A stretch of DNA of 64,000 nt from the human T2T-CHM13v2.0 reference genome, Homo sapiens, in the NCBI RefSeq assembly GCF_009914755.1, contig NC_060925.1; one strand, 5' to 3'. Positions 60,801 through 64,000 of the stretch are shown piece after piece. The stretch's first letter is position 1; every line of letters begins with the position of its first letter. Made by a program: the position numbers and the translations under genes. Below the pieces are notes generated by a model that had not been told where the DNA came from, ran no database searches, and saw only the letters and a list, made by a program, of their open reading frames with translations.

Positions 60801-63800
60801 TTCAAATGGAATGGAATGGAATCATCGCATAGAATCGAATGGAATTATCATCGAATGGAATCGAATGGAATCAACATCAAACGGAAAAAAACGGAATTAT
60901 CGAATGGAATGGAAGAGAATCATCGAATGGACCCGAATGGAATCATCTAATGGAATGGAATGGAATAACCCATGGATTCGAATGCAATCATCATCGAATG
61001 GAATCGAATGGAATCATCGAATGGACTCGAATGGAATAATCATTGAACGGAATCGAATGGAATCATCATCGGATGGAAATGAAAGGAGTCATCATCTAAT
61101 GGAATTGCATGGAATCATCATAAAATGGAATCGAATGGAATAAACATCAAATGGAATCAAATGGAATCATTGAACGGAATTGAATGGAATCGTCATCGAA
61201 TGAATTGAATGCAATCATCGAATGGTCTCAAATGGAATAATCTTCAAATGGAATGGAATGGAATCATCGCATAGAATCGAATGGAATTATCATCGAATGT
61301 AATCGAATGGAATCAACACCAAACGGAAAAAAACGGAATTATCGAATGGAATCGAAGAGAATCATCGAATGGACCCGAATGGAATCATGTAATGGAATGG
61401 AATGGAATAATCCATGGACTCGAATGCAATCATCATCGAATGGAATCGAATGGAATCATCGAATGGACTCGAATGGAATAATCATTGAACGGAATCGAAT
61501 GGAATCATCATCGGAAGGAAATGAATGGAATCGTCATCGAATGGAATCGAATAGAATTATGGAATGAAATCCAGTGTGATCATCATCGAATGGACCTGAA
61601 TGGAATCATCATCCAACGGAAGCTAATGGAATCAACATCGAATGAATCAAATGGAAACACCATCGAATTGAAACGAATGGAATTACCATGAAATTGAAAT
61701 GGATGGACTCATCATCAAATGGATTTGAGTGGAATGATCGAATAAAATTGATTGAAATCATCATCGAATGGAATCGAATGGTATCATTGAATGGAATCGA
61801 ATGGAATCATCATCAGATGGAAATGAAAGGAATCGTCATAGAATAGAATCGAATGGATTCATTGAATGGAATCAGATGGAATCATTGAATGGACTGGAAT
61901 GGAATCATTGAATGGACTCGAAAGGGATCATTATTGAATGGAATTGAATGGAATCATCGAATGGTCTCGATTGGAATCATTATCAAATGGAATCGAATGG
62001 AATCACCGAATAGAATCGAATGGAACAATCATCGAATGGACTCAAATGGAATTATCCTCAAATGGAATTGAATGGAATTATCGAATGCAATCGAATGGAA
62101 TTATCGAATGCAATCGAATAGAATCATCGAATGGACTCGAATGGAATCATCGAATGGAATGGAATGGAACAGTCAATGAACTCGAATGGAATCATCATTG
62201 AATGGAATCGAATGGAATCATCGAGTGGAATCGAATGTAATCATCATCAAATGGAATCAAAAATAACCATCATCAAATGGAATCAAAAATAACCATCATC
62301 AATTGGTATTGAATGGAATTCTCATCAAATGGAATTCAAAGGAATCATCATCAAATGGAACCGAATGGAATCCTCATTGAATGGAAATGAAAGGGGTCAT
62401 CATCTAATGGAATCGCATGGAATCATCATAAAATGGAAACGAATGGAATCAACATCAAATGGAATCAAATGGAATCATTGAACGGAATTGAATGGAATCG
62501 TCATCGAATGAATTGAATGCAATCATCGAATGGTCTCGAATGGAATCATCTTCAAATGGAATGGAATGGAATCATCGCATAGAATCGAATGAAATTATCA
62601 TCGAATGGAATCGAATGGAATCAACACCAAACGGAAAAAAACGGAATTATCGAATGGAATCGAAGAGAATCATCGAATGGACCCGAATGGAATCATGTAA
62701 TGGAATGGAATGGAATAATCCATGGACTCGAATGCAATCATCATCGCATGGAATCGAATGGAATCATCGAATGGACTCGAATGGAATAATCATTGAACGG
62801 AATCGAATGGAATCATCATCGGATGGAAACGAATGGAATCATCATCGAATGGAATCGAATAGAATTATGGAATGAAATCCAGTGTGATCATCATCGAATG
62901 GACCCGAATGGAATCATCATCCAACGGAAGCTAATGGAATCAACATCGAATGAATCAAATGGAAACACCATCGAATTGAAACGAATGGAATTACCATGAA
63001 ATTGAAATGGATGGACTCATCATCAAATGGATTCGAATGGAATCATCGAATAAAATTGATTGAAATCATCATCGAATGGAATCGAATGGTATCATTGAAT
63101 GGAATCGAATGGAATCATCATCAGATGGAAATGAATGGAATCGTCATAGAATGGAATCGAATGGATTCATTGAATGGAATCAGATGGAATCATTGAATGG
63201 ACTGGAATGGAATCATTGAATGGACTCGAAAGGGATCATTATTGAATGGAATTGAATGGAATCATCGAATGGTCTCGATTGGAATCATTATCAAATGGAA
63301 TCGAATGGAATCACCGAATAGAATCGAATGGAACAATCATCGAATGGACTCAAATGGAATTATCCTCCAATGGAATCGAATGGAATTATCGAATGCAATC
63401 GAATGGAATTATCGAATGCAATCGAATAGAATCATCGAATGGACTCGAATGGAATCATCGAATGGAATGGAATGGAACAGTCAATGAACTCGAATGGAAT
63501 CATCACTGAATGGAATCGAATGGAATCATCGAGTGGAATCGAATGGAATTATGATCAAATGGAATCGAATGTAATCATCATCAAATGGAATCAAATATAA
63601 CCATCATCAATTGGTATTGAATGGAATTGTCATCAAATGGAATTCAAAGGAATCATCATCAAATGGAACCGAATGGAATCCTCATTGAATGGAAATGAAA
63701 GGGGTCATCATCTAATGGAATCGCATGGAATCATCATCAAATGGAATCGAATGGAATCATCATCAAATGGAATCTAATGGAATCATTGAAAAGAATTGAA

Positions 63801-64000
63801 TGGAATCGTCATCGAATGAATTGAATGCAATCATCGAATGGTCTCGAATGGAATCATCTTCTAATGGAAAGGAATGGAATCATCGCATAGAATCGAATGG
63901 AATTATCATCGAATGGAATCAAATGGTATCAACACCAAAGGGAAAAAAACGGAATTATCGAATGGAATCGAAGAGAATCTTCGAACGGACCCGAATGGAA

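Larger units (their letters stand above)
1..64000 (+). repeat. Human Satellite 2 (HSat2/HSATII) tandem array, 1.77/1.31 kb unit type, probably chr1q12-like pericentromeric heterochromatin
   Basis: The sequence consists entirely of diverged GAATG pentamers arranged as 23/26 bp monomers (e.g. ATCATCGAATGGAATCGAATGGA and the ATC-extended 26-mer), with very dense TCGA sites. That pattern separates HSat2 from HSat3, which has long (GGAAT)n runs. Orientation is the same throughout. The 1776 bp periodicity with one conserved EcoRI site per unit matches the classical 1.77 kb EcoRI chr1 satellite. Family call is secure; chromosome assignment is inference. Confidence 0.97.

Noticed and set aside
143-63509. 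About 200 + strand ORFs (MESSSNG.../MEWN.../MKLKWMD...)
   Set aside because: They are low-complexity translations of GAATG repeats in overlapping frames. ATG is built into the pentamer, and stops and frameshifts vary freely among copies. Similar 'proteins' in databases are a known spurious-annotation and contamination artefact.
1-64000. CRISPR-like array, diversity-generating or cassette-switching system
   Set aside because: There are no unique spacers, no cas, RT or recombinase genes and no non-repeat sequence. The variation is explained by satellite turnover.
1-64000. Specific TF motif calls (TEAD GGAATG, HSF nGAAn, DUX4) and CENP-B boxes
   Set aside because: Short motifs are inherent to the repeat. 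I saw no exact DUX4 consensus or CENP-B box, and this is not alpha satellite. Function cannot be supported from sequence alone.
1-64000. Inversions or Alu/L1 insertions
   Set aside because: I saw no CATTC-oriented block or non-satellite sequence on the + strand, and the marker spacings account for the full length.

Overview
The whole 64 kb window is one uninterrupted, single-orientation tandem array of human-type classical Satellite 2 (HSat2/HSATII). The + strand carries the GAATG(GAATC)/ATC-ATC-GAATG pattern and the - strand carries CATTC/CATTCGATTC. The ~1.78 kb unit with one EcoRI site best fits the chromosome 1q12-type (D1Z1/pUC1.77, HSat2A-like) heterochromatin array; this assignment is inferred. 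I found no genes, RNA genes, transposon insertions, inversions or CRISPR arrays, and all listed ORFs are translation artefacts of the repeat. I found no credible novel gene system. The real information is architectural. Using the once-per-unit marker ATGAAATTGAAATGGATGGAC (37 occurrences, 143 to 62996), each unit is an ~840 bp core plus 1-4 copies of a ~468 bp sub-module. The 36 unit lengths are 1308 (x10), 1776 (x10), 1774, 1775, 1799 (x2), 1405, 1455, 1701, 1922, 1923, 1927, 2209, 2216 (x2), 2218, 2686 and 2988. The array shows recurrent independent 468 bp collapses, indels mostly quantised to 23/26 bp monomers, a length-neutral 26 bp swap, a divergent sub-module lineage, and several young multi-unit duplications (periods 3084, 3231, 6782, 2216 and 2686 bp). 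Breakpoint coordinates were read by eye and are approximate.
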